Source: a virus (lineage: Duplodnaviria > Caudoviricetes). Taken from it: 63,651 nt of DNA. Position numbers and translations under genes: made by a program. The notes under the pieces were generated by a model. That model was not told the DNA's origin, did no database searches, and worked only from the letters and a program-made list of their open reading frames with translations. Below are positions 53,738 to 62,743 of this stretch, piece by piece; the stretch's first letter is position 1, and the number at the start of each line of letters is the position of its first letter. The stretch spans positions 1-63,651 of IMG/VR virus record IMGVR_UViG_3300037467_001235; one strand, 5' to 3'.

Positions 53738-54249
53738 CAGGCGAGCACCACCGCGGGGCCCGGCTCGAAGTTGATTGCGGTAGCCGACACGGCCACGCCG
53801 ATACGCTGCGACACATTCCCCGAACCGGACGGGGAGCTACCGGCCGCAGTGCCGGCGGTGGTGGCCAGGTACACCGGTCCGGGAGTGGCGCCGGTGACGC
53901 CGGTGTTGGTGCCCTCGAAGTAGACCGTGGCGCTCGCGCCCGACGACACCGCTGAGAGGACGAAGCCGTGCGCCTCCTTGCCCGCGGTGGTGGCGTCGGC
54001 TTTGCGGACCTTCGCGCCGGTGCTGTTCCACACGTTCACGAAATCCCCCGCGGCCAGGGCCTCCGACGCGGTGATGGTGGCGGTGTCCGCGCCGATACCG
54101 ACAGGCAGCATCGAGTTATCGAGGCGACCGGACGAATCCAGGGCAGGGATCTTCCCCGCATCCCCGGCGCCGGCCGAGGACTGCACAGCAGCCTGTTCGG
54201 TCAGCTGCCCGGTCGTGGTATCGAGCTTGATGTACTTGTTACCGGCCAT
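53737..54249 (-). CDS. virion structural protein (fibre/decoration-like)
   Basis: AGKIPALDSSGRLD...ASEALAAGDFVN...PVYL. Confidence 0.75.
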   Translation of the reverse strand: MAGNKYIKLDTTTGQLTEQAAVQSSAGAGDAGKIPALDSSGRLDNSMLPVGIGADTATITASEALAAGDFVNVWNSTGAKVRKADATTAGKEAHGFVLSAVSSGASATVYFEGTNTGVTGATPGPVYLATTAGTAAGSSPSGSGNVSQRIGVAVSATAINFEPGPAVVLA

Positions 54250-54261
54250 GATTGGAACTCC

Positions 54262-55041
54262 CTACAGTTGGATGCTCGGTGAGCGGTCGATGAATACGGT
54301 GGTCGCGCCAGTAGCCGCGGCCAGCTGCGCCAGGAACCCGCTCCCCGGCACGGTTTGGGTCAGCGCGCCCGCCGCGCCGAGGAAGATCGGGCCGGGTGTC
54401 CACGCCCAGGACGGCTCGGTCATCTCGCCGAGCATCTGCACCTGAATGTCCCCGCCGGATGCTGCCGCGCCCGTGGTTATCCCGATCGGCAATGTCAGGT
54501 GGGCGGGGTTGGTGTTGTCGGCGTAGATGAATCGGCCGTCCGTGCGGCGCACCACCGCCCGATGCCCCGACAACGCCGCCCCGGCCGTGCCGGTGACGAC
54601 GACGGCCGCGCCGCCCTCACCGTTTCCAGGCGGACCGGCCGGGCCTGGCACCGGGACGGCGACGGCCTGACTGTCCGGCAGGGGGACTGTGGTGGGGCAG
54701 CCGATACCTGTTGGCCCGCACCCGCTATCGACGCGCCCCTCGACCCAGATGAATGCTGGGTTGTCCGGGTAGTCCAGCCACAATTCGGCGTACGCGGACC
54801 GAGGCACAGCGGCCACCTGGTCGGCGGTCACATGCCACGACATCACCGCCCCCGAAATCGTCGCCGGCCATTGCACATCGAAGCTCGTGCCCCGCGCGGA
54901 CAGGTGCAGCCACGCCGATGTTCCGGACGGCCACGACATGGGTGTTCCGAGCGGCTGCTGTAGCTCGATCCGGCCGACGAAGTCCGCGGCGGGGTCGAGC
55001 GCGAGGCGCAGCCGACCAGCGACAGCGCCCAGGGTCAGCAT
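54262..55041 (-). CDS. virion structural protein
   Basis: LtfC-like N-terminus, VPGPAGPPG linker, ALSGHRAV decoration-like domain. Confidence 0.75.
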   Translation of the reverse strand: MLTLGAVAGRLRLALDPAADFVGRIELQQPLGTPMSWPSGTSAWLHLSARGTSFDVQWPATISGAVMSWHVTADQVAAVPRSAYAELWLDYPDNPAFIWVEGRVDSGCGPTGIGCPTTVPLPDSQAVAVPVPGPAGPPGNGEGGAAVVVTGTAGAALSGHRAVVRRTDGRFIYADNTNPAHLTLPIGITTGAAASGGDIQVQMLGEMTEPSWAWTPGPIFLGAAGALTQTVPGSGFLAQLAAATGATTVFIDRSPSIQL

Positions 55042-55048
55042 GGCCCGG

Positions 55049-55069
55049 AGGGTAGGTGGGAGGGGTGCA
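55049..55069 (-). promoter_or_regulatory. late-promoter motif TGCACCCC-N7-TACCCT
   Basis: 7 nt upstream of ATG 55041. Confidence 0.8.
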
Positions 55070-55073
55070 GATG

Positions 55074-55493
55074 TTATGCGGCGTCGATCTGAACGAACGT
55101 GCCCGACGCGGCCAGAGTGGCGCCGGTGGTGGAGGCCGCTACCCGCATATCCAGGGTGTCGTTTACGCCGACCACCACGCCCGCGATATCGAGATTGATT
55201 GTGCCCGTGCCAGCGAGGGAGGCGGATTTGATCTGTGCGCCGTTGAGGTAGATGTAGCCGGTGATCGTCGCAGAGAACGTGTTCGAACTGATCACCATCC
55301 GCGCCGTGACATTCACAGTGCCGGCCCGGTCCACCACCAGTGCGTTACTGACAATGTTGGTGGCCGGATATCCAGCATCAGCGGTCCAGGTCGGCACGAC
55401 CGTCGGTGTGGTGCCCGACAGAGATTGATTGCCGGACTTGTTCATCCGCTGCGACGACGGCGGCGACCCGCCACCCATGACGGCGAGCAACAT
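55074..55493 (-). CDS. minor tail protein
   Basis: QRMNKSG...WTADAGYPATNI beta-rich domain. Confidence 0.75.
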   Translation of the reverse strand: MLLAVMGGGSPPSSQRMNKSGNQSLSGTTPTVVPTWTADAGYPATNIVSNALVVDRAGTVNVTARMVISSNTFSATITGYIYLNGAQIKSASLAGTGTINLDIAGVVVGVNDTLDMRVAASTTGATLAASGTFVQIDAA

Positions 55494-56926
55494 CAGCGCG
55501 TCACCGCCGTAATCTCCACGATCAGGCCCAGGCCGGGCGTCGTGCCGACAGCGGTGATCCACGGCAGCAGGATGTCGCCGGCGTCGTAATCGAATGTGCC
55601 GGTGGCGGTGGCGTTCGCGCCGCCGGCGGTCTGATCGGCGACGGCGATGGATTTGTTCGTGCTGGCGACCTGGCTGCCGTTCTTCCGTAGCTCGACGTCG
55701 AGCGTCCCGGATACGCCTGCGGTAGCGCCGCGGTATCGGACCTGCGTGATTCGGATGTTGCGGGTGAGCTTGATGCCCTGGGAGGCGACGTTGCCGCCGC
55801 CGGTGGCGCGGGTGGTGGCGGAGTTGGTGTGGACGTACACGATGTCGTACACCTGCCCGGCCGCGGTCGGGGTGCGTGAGTCGGACAGTCGCGGGTCGGT
55901 GTCGGCGATGGTGGATATGACGCCCCGCGCGGCGGCGGCGTCGGTGGCCTTCATCAGGTTCCGGCCGACCGTGGTGGAGTCGCTGATATCGGTGGCTGGA
56001 TGGGTGTGGCCCACATTGGATTTGCCCGCGAGTCCCGGCACGGTGGGGGATGCCGCCGTGCCGCCGAGGTCACCGGCGAGTTGGAGGATGCCCTTCACGC
56101 TCGAGGTGGCATCCGGCGCAGGCGGGCCCGCTGGTCCGGTAGCGCCCTGTGGCAGGGTGAGGTTCAGCAGCCAGTGAGGGGAGGGGCCGGTGACGCTGGC
56201 GGCGGCGGAGCTGCCGGGCGCGCCGGTGGTGACGGTGCCGATACCGAGCGTGAACGACGCAGCAGCCGTTTCCGCCGCGGTAGCCGAATCGGCTGCGTCG
56301 CTGGCGCTGTCGGCCGCCGCATCCGCCGCGGCTTGCGCGTCCGTGATCGCTGGAATGGGAACACCGGGCAGGGTGGAGCCGTCCGACAGGGAGAACACCA
56401 GCGCGTCCCCGACGAGCGCCACACCGACCACGGACACACCCGCTGTGACGGCGTTCCCGAGGCTGCCGGGCACCGGTGACACCTTGGTGAGGTCGGTGAT
56501 CCCGGTCGATCCGGTGTCGGGGTCGGCAGGGTTTGGGCCGGGCGTGTACTCGGTGACGTAGAACGAGAACGACGGCAGTTTGACCGGTTTCGTCCCGTAG
56601 TACAGGTTGAACGACACCCGGTACGTGAAGGTGCTGGGATTGGTGGTGCCCGGTGTGGGCGCGATGACCCGCACCCCGCGCTCGCCCTGATTCGAGAGGT
56701 AGCCCTGATCATCGAGGGTGCACACGTAATAGTCGGGCAGCTGAACCACAGTCGTCGGGTCCGGGTCGCCCTGCGGTACGAGGATTTTCGGGGGCTCGGC
56801 CTTGATCGTGACCTCACCCGACAGCGGCTCGAATTCCGGGAGGTCGTCGGAGTCGACGCCATCGGCGACGTTGGCCAGGAATCGGCCGACGATCTTGCCG
56901 AACTTCAAACCGAGAGGGTCGGTCAC
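55493..56926 (-). CDS. minor tail/fibre protein
   Basis: DATSSVKGILQLAGDLGG, HTHPATDISD, DPRLSDSRTP fibre motifs. Confidence 0.85.
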   Translation of the reverse strand: MTDPLGLKFGKIVGRFLANVADGVDSDDLPEFEPLSGEVTIKAEPPKILVPQGDPDPTTVVQLPDYYVCTLDDQGYLSNQGERGVRVIAPTPGTTNPSTFTYRVSFNLYYGTKPVKLPSFSFYVTEYTPGPNPADPDTGSTGITDLTKVSPVPGSLGNAVTAGVSVVGVALVGDALVFSLSDGSTLPGVPIPAITDAQAAADAAADSASDAADSATAAETAAASFTLGIGTVTTGAPGSSAAASVTGPSPHWLLNLTLPQGATGPAGPPAPDATSSVKGILQLAGDLGGTAASPTVPGLAGKSNVGHTHPATDISDSTTVGRNLMKATDAAAARGVISTIADTDPRLSDSRTPTAAGQVYDIVYVHTNSATTRATGGGNVASQGIKLTRNIRITQVRYRGATAGVSGTLDVELRKNGSQVASTNKSIAVADQTAGGANATATGTFDYDAGDILLPWITAVGTTPGLGLIVEITAVTR

Positions 56927-56951
56927 GAATTACTCCCTCGAACAGGACGGA

Positions 56952-56981
56952 GTGGTGGACCGGGACTGCCCGGTCCACCAC
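56952..56981. terminator. stem-loop after major tail gene
   Basis: GTGGTGGACCGGG-ACTG-CCCGGTCCACCAC, 13-bp stem. Confidence 0.7.
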
Positions 56982-56987
56982 CACCGA

Positions 56988-58091
56988 TCATGCGTAGACG
57001 CCGCCCTTGACGGTCTCGGCCACAGTGACGGACGGCGACGTGCCGCCGGTCAGACCCGCACCCGAACCGGTCATCAACGGCAGATCCAGACCCGCCAGCT
57101 CGCCCTTGAACTCGCACACGTACGGCCCCGAACCGGTCACATCGATGTTCCCGGTGCCGATGGTCGACAGAGCCTCCAGCGCCGCCTTCACCGCGGTATT
57201 CGCGGCGTTGTATGCGATACCGGAGGTGGTCTGCGACTTGTAGGTGAGCGTGAAAGTCCCACCAGTCGGCGAACCGGTGATGGTCACGGTCTGCTTCTCG
57301 TTCGAAGCGACAGTGCCGCAAGCGGGCTGCTCCGGCGCCGTCTCCGCAGCCAACTCCCCGTAGTAGGGGGTCGGCAGGATCAGCGGGCACGCACCATCGG
57401 TGGGTTCCGGCGGGGCGATCGTGGTCTTGAACGACCGGTAGTGCTGGCCCGCCTTGATCGCGGTCAGCAGACGGCCCGGCGTGTTGTCCACGTCGGTGGC
57501 CATCACGTTGTACGGGCCGCGACCCCAGCGGGTGCCAGCGGCGGTGATGCCGGTGAGCGTGAAAGTCGATGCTTTCGCGCCGATCTCGGTGTCACCGACC
57601 TGCGCCTCTTTCAGGACGGGCCACAGCATGTACCCGTACGGCAGGTTCTGCACACCGCCCGCGCCGACGAGAATGTCATCGGAATCCGGGACATCGCAGG
57701 CGTCGTCGGAGCCGACACCCGACCACAATTCGATGGCGACACCAGTGGTGTCGGGGACTTCCTTCTGATCGGAGAAACCGATCGCCTTACCGTCCCAGGA
57801 GGTGACGACCTCCCAGTCCAACAGCATGTTGAAGAAGTCGGTGTCCACGCCACACAGTTCGATGGCGAGACTCCACCATTTGCGTTCGGGCGGGGTGCGA
57901 TCAGCTACGCACACACGCCCTTCGGCGTTGGTTTGTTCGATGTCGTCGGCGTCGCGCATCACGGGGGATGCCTTGACGGTGACGAATCCGGAGGTGACCA
58001 GCCGCGACCGCGGTCCGGCCAGGGGCATGCCACAAGCGTCGACCAGGGTCGCCCGCAGGCGCTTTCCCTTCACGACCGCGAAAGTTGCCAC
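56988..58091 (-). CDS. major tail protein with C-terminal extension
   Basis: RATLVDACG...NAEGRVCV...WGRGPYNV; strong RBS and late promoter. Confidence 0.9.
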   Translation of the reverse strand: MATFAVVKGKRLRATLVDACGMPLAGPRSRLVTSGFVTVKASPVMRDADDIEQTNAEGRVCVADRTPPERKWWSLAIELCGVDTDFFNMLLDWEVVTSWDGKAIGFSDQKEVPDTTGVAIELWSGVGSDDACDVPDSDDILVGAGGVQNLPYGYMLWPVLKEAQVGDTEIGAKASTFTLTGITAAGTRWGRGPYNVMATDVDNTPGRLLTAIKAGQHYRSFKTTIAPPEPTDGACPLILPTPYYGELAAETAPEQPACGTVASNEKQTVTITGSPTGGTFTLTYKSQTTSGIAYNAANTAVKAALEALSTIGTGNIDVTGSGPYVCEFKGELAGLDLPLMTGSGAGLTGGTSPSVTVAETVKGGVYA

Positions 58092-58152
58092 GGTGACTCC
58101 TCAAATCCCATGTCAGAGTTGTTTTCGTGGCTGCCCATGCCCCGTGCGCCGC

Positions 58153-58173
58153 ACCATAGAGAGGCGGGGTGCA
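58153..58173 (-). promoter_or_regulatory. late-promoter motif TGCACCCC-N7-TATGGT (major tail)
   Basis: Fixed spacing. Confidence 0.8.
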
Positions 58174-58178
58174 GACGA

Positions 58179-58523
58179 TCAGTCGAGACGGTGACCGTTG
58201 CGCAGGATCTGCCGGAGGTCGTCTGCGTCCGCGCCGTGAGAGTCGAGACGACCGATCGCCGACCACAGTGCGGTGGTCAGTTCGCCAACCCGGTCGCGGA
58301 GGGTGTCGACGCTCTTCTGGAGGGTGTCGACCTTCGTCTCCAGTTGCTGGTTCTCCTTGCGCACGTCCTCGGCGACGTCGTGGGACATCTTCGCCGCGAT
58401 CTGCGCCAGCTCGGCGTCCTGCAATTTGCGGGGCGGCCGGCGGGATGCCCACATGCCGCCGAGGGTGGCGATACCGGCCGATAGCACCCCGGAACCCACG
58501 AGGGCTGTTACGACATCACTCAC
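58179..58523 (-). CDS. membrane protein with coiled coil (lysis-associated)
   Basis: N-terminal TM plus heptads. Confidence 0.75.
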   Translation of the reverse strand: MSDVVTALVGSGVLSAGIATLGGMWASRRPPRKLQDAELAQIAAKMSHDVAEDVRKENQQLETKVDTLQKSVDTLRDRVGELTTALWSAIGRLDSHGADADDLRQILRNGHRLD

Positions 58524-58956
58524 GGGACACCTCTTTCACCGCCCGCTGGAACTGGCGCAATCTGCGCAAATCCCGAGCGAGAATCAACACCGCGCACGCC
58601 GTCAACGCCGCCGCAGACCACGCCGAAAACGTGGCCCGTTCAGCCCATGTCGCCTGCAACACGGCCACCACATACGCGGCGGTCGCGCACGCCGCCCCCG
58701 CATCCCCTGCCACGAGCAGCCACAACCCACCCGGCCGCTTCCGCAGCAGATACCCCAACCCCGACAGGATCGGGCAGGCGATCAGCAGCCCGGTCCACAT
58801 CAGCGACACCCACGGCCCCATCGCCTGCGCCACCACAGTCGGTGGCGACCCCAACGCCAACGACTGGATACCGGCGATGGCATAGGAGATGAAGATGATC
58901 CCCTGGTAGAGCCGTACTGATTCGCTGTCCACCCAGCGGGTGGCGCGTCGCCTCAT
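58516..58956 (-). CDS. 4-TM membrane protein (lysis-associated)
   Basis: Four hydrophobic segments. Confidence 0.75.
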   Translation of the reverse strand: MRRRATRWVDSESVRLYQGIIFISYAIAGIQSLALGSPPTVVAQAMGPWVSLMWTGLLIACPILSGLGYLLRKRPGGLWLLVAGDAGAACATAAYVVAVLQATWAERATFSAWSAAALTACAVLILARDLRRLRQFQRAVKEVSRE

Positions 58957-59378
58957 CCCTTGAGCTCACTCCCCGGCGGGGACACCAGCCGATGCACGTA
59001 CGCGGTCACCACGGCCAGCACTGCACCGATCGCCGCGCCGCCCACGGCTTTCCAGTCCGACAGGTTGGTGAAGTCGAACCCGTTACCACCGATCACCCCC
59101 GCCACGGCCAGTAGGACGCCCACGACCACGGTGGAGATCGCGCCTTGAATGGCGGTGCGGCGGGCCCGATCCCGTGCGTCCGCTTTGGCCGGCACGTCAC
59201 CGGCAGGCAGAACGACCTGTCCGCCGTCGCCGAGCCAATCCCGGATCTGCCGTTCGGCCGCTTCACGCGCCTGCTCGGCCGCGGCGGTTGCAGCGGCGGT
59301 GATGCGGGGCTCCACCTGTGACTCGATCTGCGTCAGGACCTGTCGGGCGACGAGATCGACCACGTTGGTGCCGGTCAT
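58953..59378 (-). CDS. holin-like protein
   Basis: RARRTAIQG plus two TM segments. Confidence 0.65.
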   Translation of the reverse strand: MTGTNVVDLVARQVLTQIESQVEPRITAAATAAAEQAREAAERQIRDWLGDGGQVVLPAGDVPAKADARDRARRTAIQGAISTVVVGVLLAVAGVIGGNGFDFTNLSDWKAVGGAAIGAVLAVVTAYVHRLVSPPGSELKG

Positions 59379-59680
59379 GACTTGCCCTCAGCGGGCTTGT
59401 TGTCAGCGGCCTTGTCGTCGGCCTTCGGCTTCGCGCGGCTCGCGGTCTTGCGGGCGGGCTTCTCCGCCTTCTCATCCGAATCGTCATCGAGGAACCCCGC
59501 CGCGCGGGCGATATCGACCGGTACCCGGAACTCGCCGGCCGAACGCCCTGTGACGGTGCGGACTTCGCGGCGCCGATCCCCGGCCGCGTCGAGCAGTTTC
59601 GACGCCAGCGCGCTGCGGTCGGATTCGTTGAGGGGGCGGATGTCGGCGAAATCGCCGTCTACCTGGGTGATTACGTTCAT
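59375..59680 (-). CDS. hypothetical virion-region protein
   Basis: LASKLLDAAG...VRT...FRVP. Confidence 0.7.
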   Translation of the reverse strand: MNVITQVDGDFADIRPLNESDRSALASKLLDAAGDRRREVRTVTGRSAGEFRVPVDIARAAGFLDDDSDEKAEKPARKTASRAKPKADDKAADNKPAEGKS

Positions 59681-59682
59681 GA

Positions 59683-60423
59683 TCAGACTCCGATCGTGAC
59701 TGCGGTCGCCCAGCATTCCCAGGTGACCAGTACTTCTCGCTCCGCAACAGTGAGGCGGTCGTTGTGGGGATAATCAGCGCCATCGGTGAGCACGACCGGC
59801 CCTCGATGGACAGTGACGGGGCCGGTGGACACGATGGTGTCGTTCAGGCCCGAATAGCCTGCGCCGAACGCCCACCGGTGCCCGAGCGGCGAAAGCAGCT
59901 GCCCGCCTTGCCGAATCACCAGTTGGGCGGCAGACAACGGTGCAGCCAGGTGCGGGGCAGCATGGAACACGCCCGTGAATCCGCTACCGGCGACCGCTTC
60001 CTCCAAAGCGCCCACAGCCGCAACCACACCGGTCACGGTGTCGGGTGTTCCGGCCGCGGCCAGCAGTTTCGGGGTGAGCTGTTCCTCGGCGCGCACCTGC
60101 TCCTGTAGACGCAGGAGCTGTTGCGCGCGTTCGTGCGCCTCCGCCAGCGGCACAGACGCGCCGCAGTCGTCGTCGGCGCCGACCACATCACCCTCGAATG
60201 GGTCGGGGCGTTCGGCCCGGTCGCTGCCTTTTGGCGACGGATCGGGGATCGGTTCGGAGCAGTTGATCGGCCACACCCACGACGTGCCGCAGTTGCGGGA
60301 ATCGACCAACACGCCGAGACCTAGACGTGACGGCTCCCCGCTGTCGATGAGCGTCGCCGCCGTGTACAAGCCGGTGCCGGCGGGATTCGCCGGTGGCGGC
60401 GTGTAAATCTCGCCATAGTCCAT
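59683..60423 (-). CDS. second capsid protein (pentamer-like)
   Basis: Follows major capsid; VGALEE...GVFHA...LSPLGHRWAFGAGY...AEREV. Confidence 0.7.
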   Translation of the reverse strand: MDYGEIYTPPPANPAGTGLYTAATLIDSGEPSRLGLGVLVDSRNCGTSWVWPINCSEPIPDPSPKGSDRAERPDPFEGDVVGADDDCGASVPLAEAHERAQQLLRLQEQVRAEEQLTPKLLAAAGTPDTVTGVVAAVGALEEAVAGSGFTGVFHAAPHLAAPLSAAQLVIRQGGQLLSPLGHRWAFGAGYSGLNDTIVSTGPVTVHRGPVVLTDGADYPHNDRLTVAEREVLVTWECWATAVTIGV

Positions 60424-60457
60424 CAGGGAAACCACCTCTCAAAGGGGAAGGTCCGGC

Positions 60458-60508
60458 CGGGGGGCGGGGAGCGGGGGCAGCCACACAGGGACTGCTCCCC
60501 GCCCCCCG
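60458..60508. terminator. 15-bp stem-loop between the two capsid genes
   Basis: CGGGGGGCGGGGAGC...GCTCCCCGCCCCCCG. Confidence 0.7.
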
Positions 60509-60533
60509 AACCGGAGTCAGGGAAGAACGCCCG

Positions 60534-62600
60534 TTAGTTCGGGGCGCCCTTCGTGGTTTCCGCGACCGCGATCGACGGGCTGGTGCCGCCGGTGAACGAA
60601 CCGCTCACGGTGATCGCCGTGGTATCGGTGGCCGCCAGGTCGCCCTGGAACTTCACCGCGTACGGGCCGCCCGCGTTGCCGGTGACTGCGACATTGCCGG
60701 TGCCGATGGTGGACAGGCCCGCCAAAGCGGACTGCACCGTCGCGGCGGAGGCGTTGTACGGCAGAGCCGACGTGGTCTGACCCTTGTAGGTCGCGGTCCA
60801 GGTGCCGCCGGTCGGGGAACCGGTGATGGTGATGGTCTGGACCTCGGCGGTGTCGGTGGTGACCGCGATCTCGACCCGTCCACCCACGGAACCGTTCACA
60901 GCGACCGGCACGGTGACGACCTCGGAGACACGGCACCGGTTGTCCACCAGGTACTCGTCCTCGGTGAAGACCTCCATGTACCGGTTCTGCTGCAGGAGCG
61001 CCTTGTCGTACAGGGTGCCGACCTCGATCACGTTGGCGAGGTGACGGAACCACGCACCCGACGGGTACAGCAGCACCTGCGCGCTGCTCGGCCAGTGGGT
61101 GGCAGCATCGGGCAGGCCCTGCCAGTGACCGACCCACTGGATGCGGATGTTGCGGTTGGCCAGCCAACCGTCCACGGTCGCGTCGGTGACCGCCTTGACG
61201 TCCAGGCCCTGCTGCAGAGCCATATCCGCCGCAGCCGCCTTCAACAACCAACTCGGGGCCACACCCTCGATGGGCGCGGTGTGGGAGATGCGTTCCTTCT
61301 GCCGAATCACAGTCGCCCGCAACGCCAATCCATTGAGGATCGCGCCCGCACCACCCAGCACCGAACCGGTACCAGAGACCGCGGCAATACCCGACATCGC
61401 GGGAATGGTGATCGCCGACGAACCGGCCACCATGTCACCGATGGTCCACATGGACAGCTGGATCGCGTGAGCCTTCATCACCTCGGCCATGAACCGGGCA
61501 ATGACCTCCGGGTAACCCCTCCGCTGGAGGATGCCGGCGGTGACGCACAGGCCGATGGCTTCGGCGCGGATCTCCTCGAAAGTCGTGCACGGGATCTCGA
61601 TGCACGGCTTCGTCGGGTTCTCCATCAGCTCCGCTTCCGTGTACCGGAACGGCAGAGTCTCGTACAGCTCGGAGAAGTCGGGTTCGACCGGGCGCCGGAT
61701 ACCGCCACGGGTGATGTTCATGTCCGGCAGCGTGATCAGATCGGTCGCCGGGTTGACCTCGCAGAACTCGTAGCTGGTGTCCGAGGGCGAGCACCAACCA
61801 GCGGACGCGGTGAGAGCGCCGTCGTCGGCGAACTCGTTGGCCTTGTACGGGGTGGCCTTGATGATCTCGTTCACCTCGGCCGCGGCGTCGGTGTCCTTCT
61901 CGGACACGACGATCCGGTCCTGCCCGAACTCGCGGGACAGGGTGCCCAGGCTCATGGCGATCTTCTCGGCGCTGGAACGGTGCGGGTTGCGGTTCGACCG
62001 GATGACACTGGACGGGGCCATGCTGTCGATCGATGCGGCCAACTGCTCGTAACCAACCAGACCGGCCGCATACTTCGGCACATTCGCCGTCATGCGGAAA
62101 CCGATTTCCTGCTTCGGCGCGACGCGAGCCGGAGATTTTCCGGTACGCGCACCCAGGCCCTTGAAGCTCGCGACCTTCGGCTTGGTCGCCGCGGTCACCG
62201 CTTCCTGCGCGGCCTCCTGAGTCACCGCTTCCGCCTCGGCCACCACATCGGTGCCGCCGTCGCCGGGTTCGTCGGTCTCCTCGGTTTCGGTGTCGGTGTC
62301 CTCGTCGCCCTCCGGGTCCTCGTCGGGCTCCGCGCGCTTGGCGTTTCGGGCCTCGATCAGCTGACGGGCTTCTTCGGTGCGCTGCCGCTCCTCGGCCTGC
62401 ACCTCGCCGATCCGCGCCACCAGGGCATTGCCGGCGTCATTGAGCGCCTTCATATCGGCCACCACTTGGGCCGAAGGCGCAGGGCCGTCCTCGGTGACTT
62501 CCTTCTCCAGCTCCGCGAATTCGGCTTCGGCTGCGGTGGCCAGTTCGGTCAGCTGCTCGATCGAGAGCCCGTCCAGGCTCTCCGGCATCTGGAACTTCAT
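60534..62600 (-). CDS. major capsid (hexamer) protein with N-terminal scaffold-like region and C-terminal extension
   Basis: Acidic helical N-terminus, LTASAGWCSPS, K.C.EIPC, LYDKALL..N.Y...FTED. Confidence 0.9.
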   Translation of the reverse strand: MKFQMPESLDGLSIEQLTELATAAEAEFAELEKEVTEDGPAPSAQVVADMKALNDAGNALVARIGEVQAEERQRTEEARQLIEARNAKRAEPDEDPEGDEDTDTETEETDEPGDGGTDVVAEAEAVTQEAAQEAVTAATKPKVASFKGLGARTGKSPARVAPKQEIGFRMTANVPKYAAGLVGYEQLAASIDSMAPSSVIRSNRNPHRSSAEKIAMSLGTLSREFGQDRIVVSEKDTDAAAEVNEIIKATPYKANEFADDGALTASAGWCSPSDTSYEFCEVNPATDLITLPDMNITRGGIRRPVEPDFSELYETLPFRYTEAELMENPTKPCIEIPCTTFEEIRAEAIGLCVTAGILQRRGYPEVIARFMAEVMKAHAIQLSMWTIGDMVAGSSAITIPAMSGIAAVSGTGSVLGGAGAILNGLALRATVIRQKERISHTAPIEGVAPSWLLKAAAADMALQQGLDVKAVTDATVDGWLANRNIRIQWVGHWQGLPDAATHWPSSAQVLLYPSGAWFRHLANVIEVGTLYDKALLQQNRYMEVFTEDEYLVDNRCRVSEVVTVPVAVNGSVGGRVEIAVTTDTAEVQTITITGSPTGGTWTATYKGQTTSALPYNASAATVQSALAGLSTIGTGNVAVTGNAGGPYAVKFQGDLAATDTTAITVSGSFTGGTSPSIAVAETTKGAPN

Positions 62601-62671
62601 GTTCGTGTCCTCCCACGACAAATACGGTCTTTCGGTCCGGGAGGCCCACAGCCATGCCCCATTGGCCGCGC

Positions 62672-62692
62672 ACGGTAGGGAAGGGGGGTGCA
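62672..62692 (-). promoter_or_regulatory. late-promoter motif TGCACCCC-N7-TACCGT (capsid)
   Basis: Fixed spacing; a second TGCACCCC lies just upstream. Confidence 0.8.
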
Positions 62693-62743
62693 AAAACGGG
62701 GTGCAGCGAATTCAGGGCGGTTCGATTACGTGCCCGCGCGCAC

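Noticed and set aside
44747-62678. Long plus-strand ORFs (e.g. 44747..46486, 56802..58484, 60393..62678)
   Set aside because: Antisense shadows of high-GC structural genes, with no motifs or RBS
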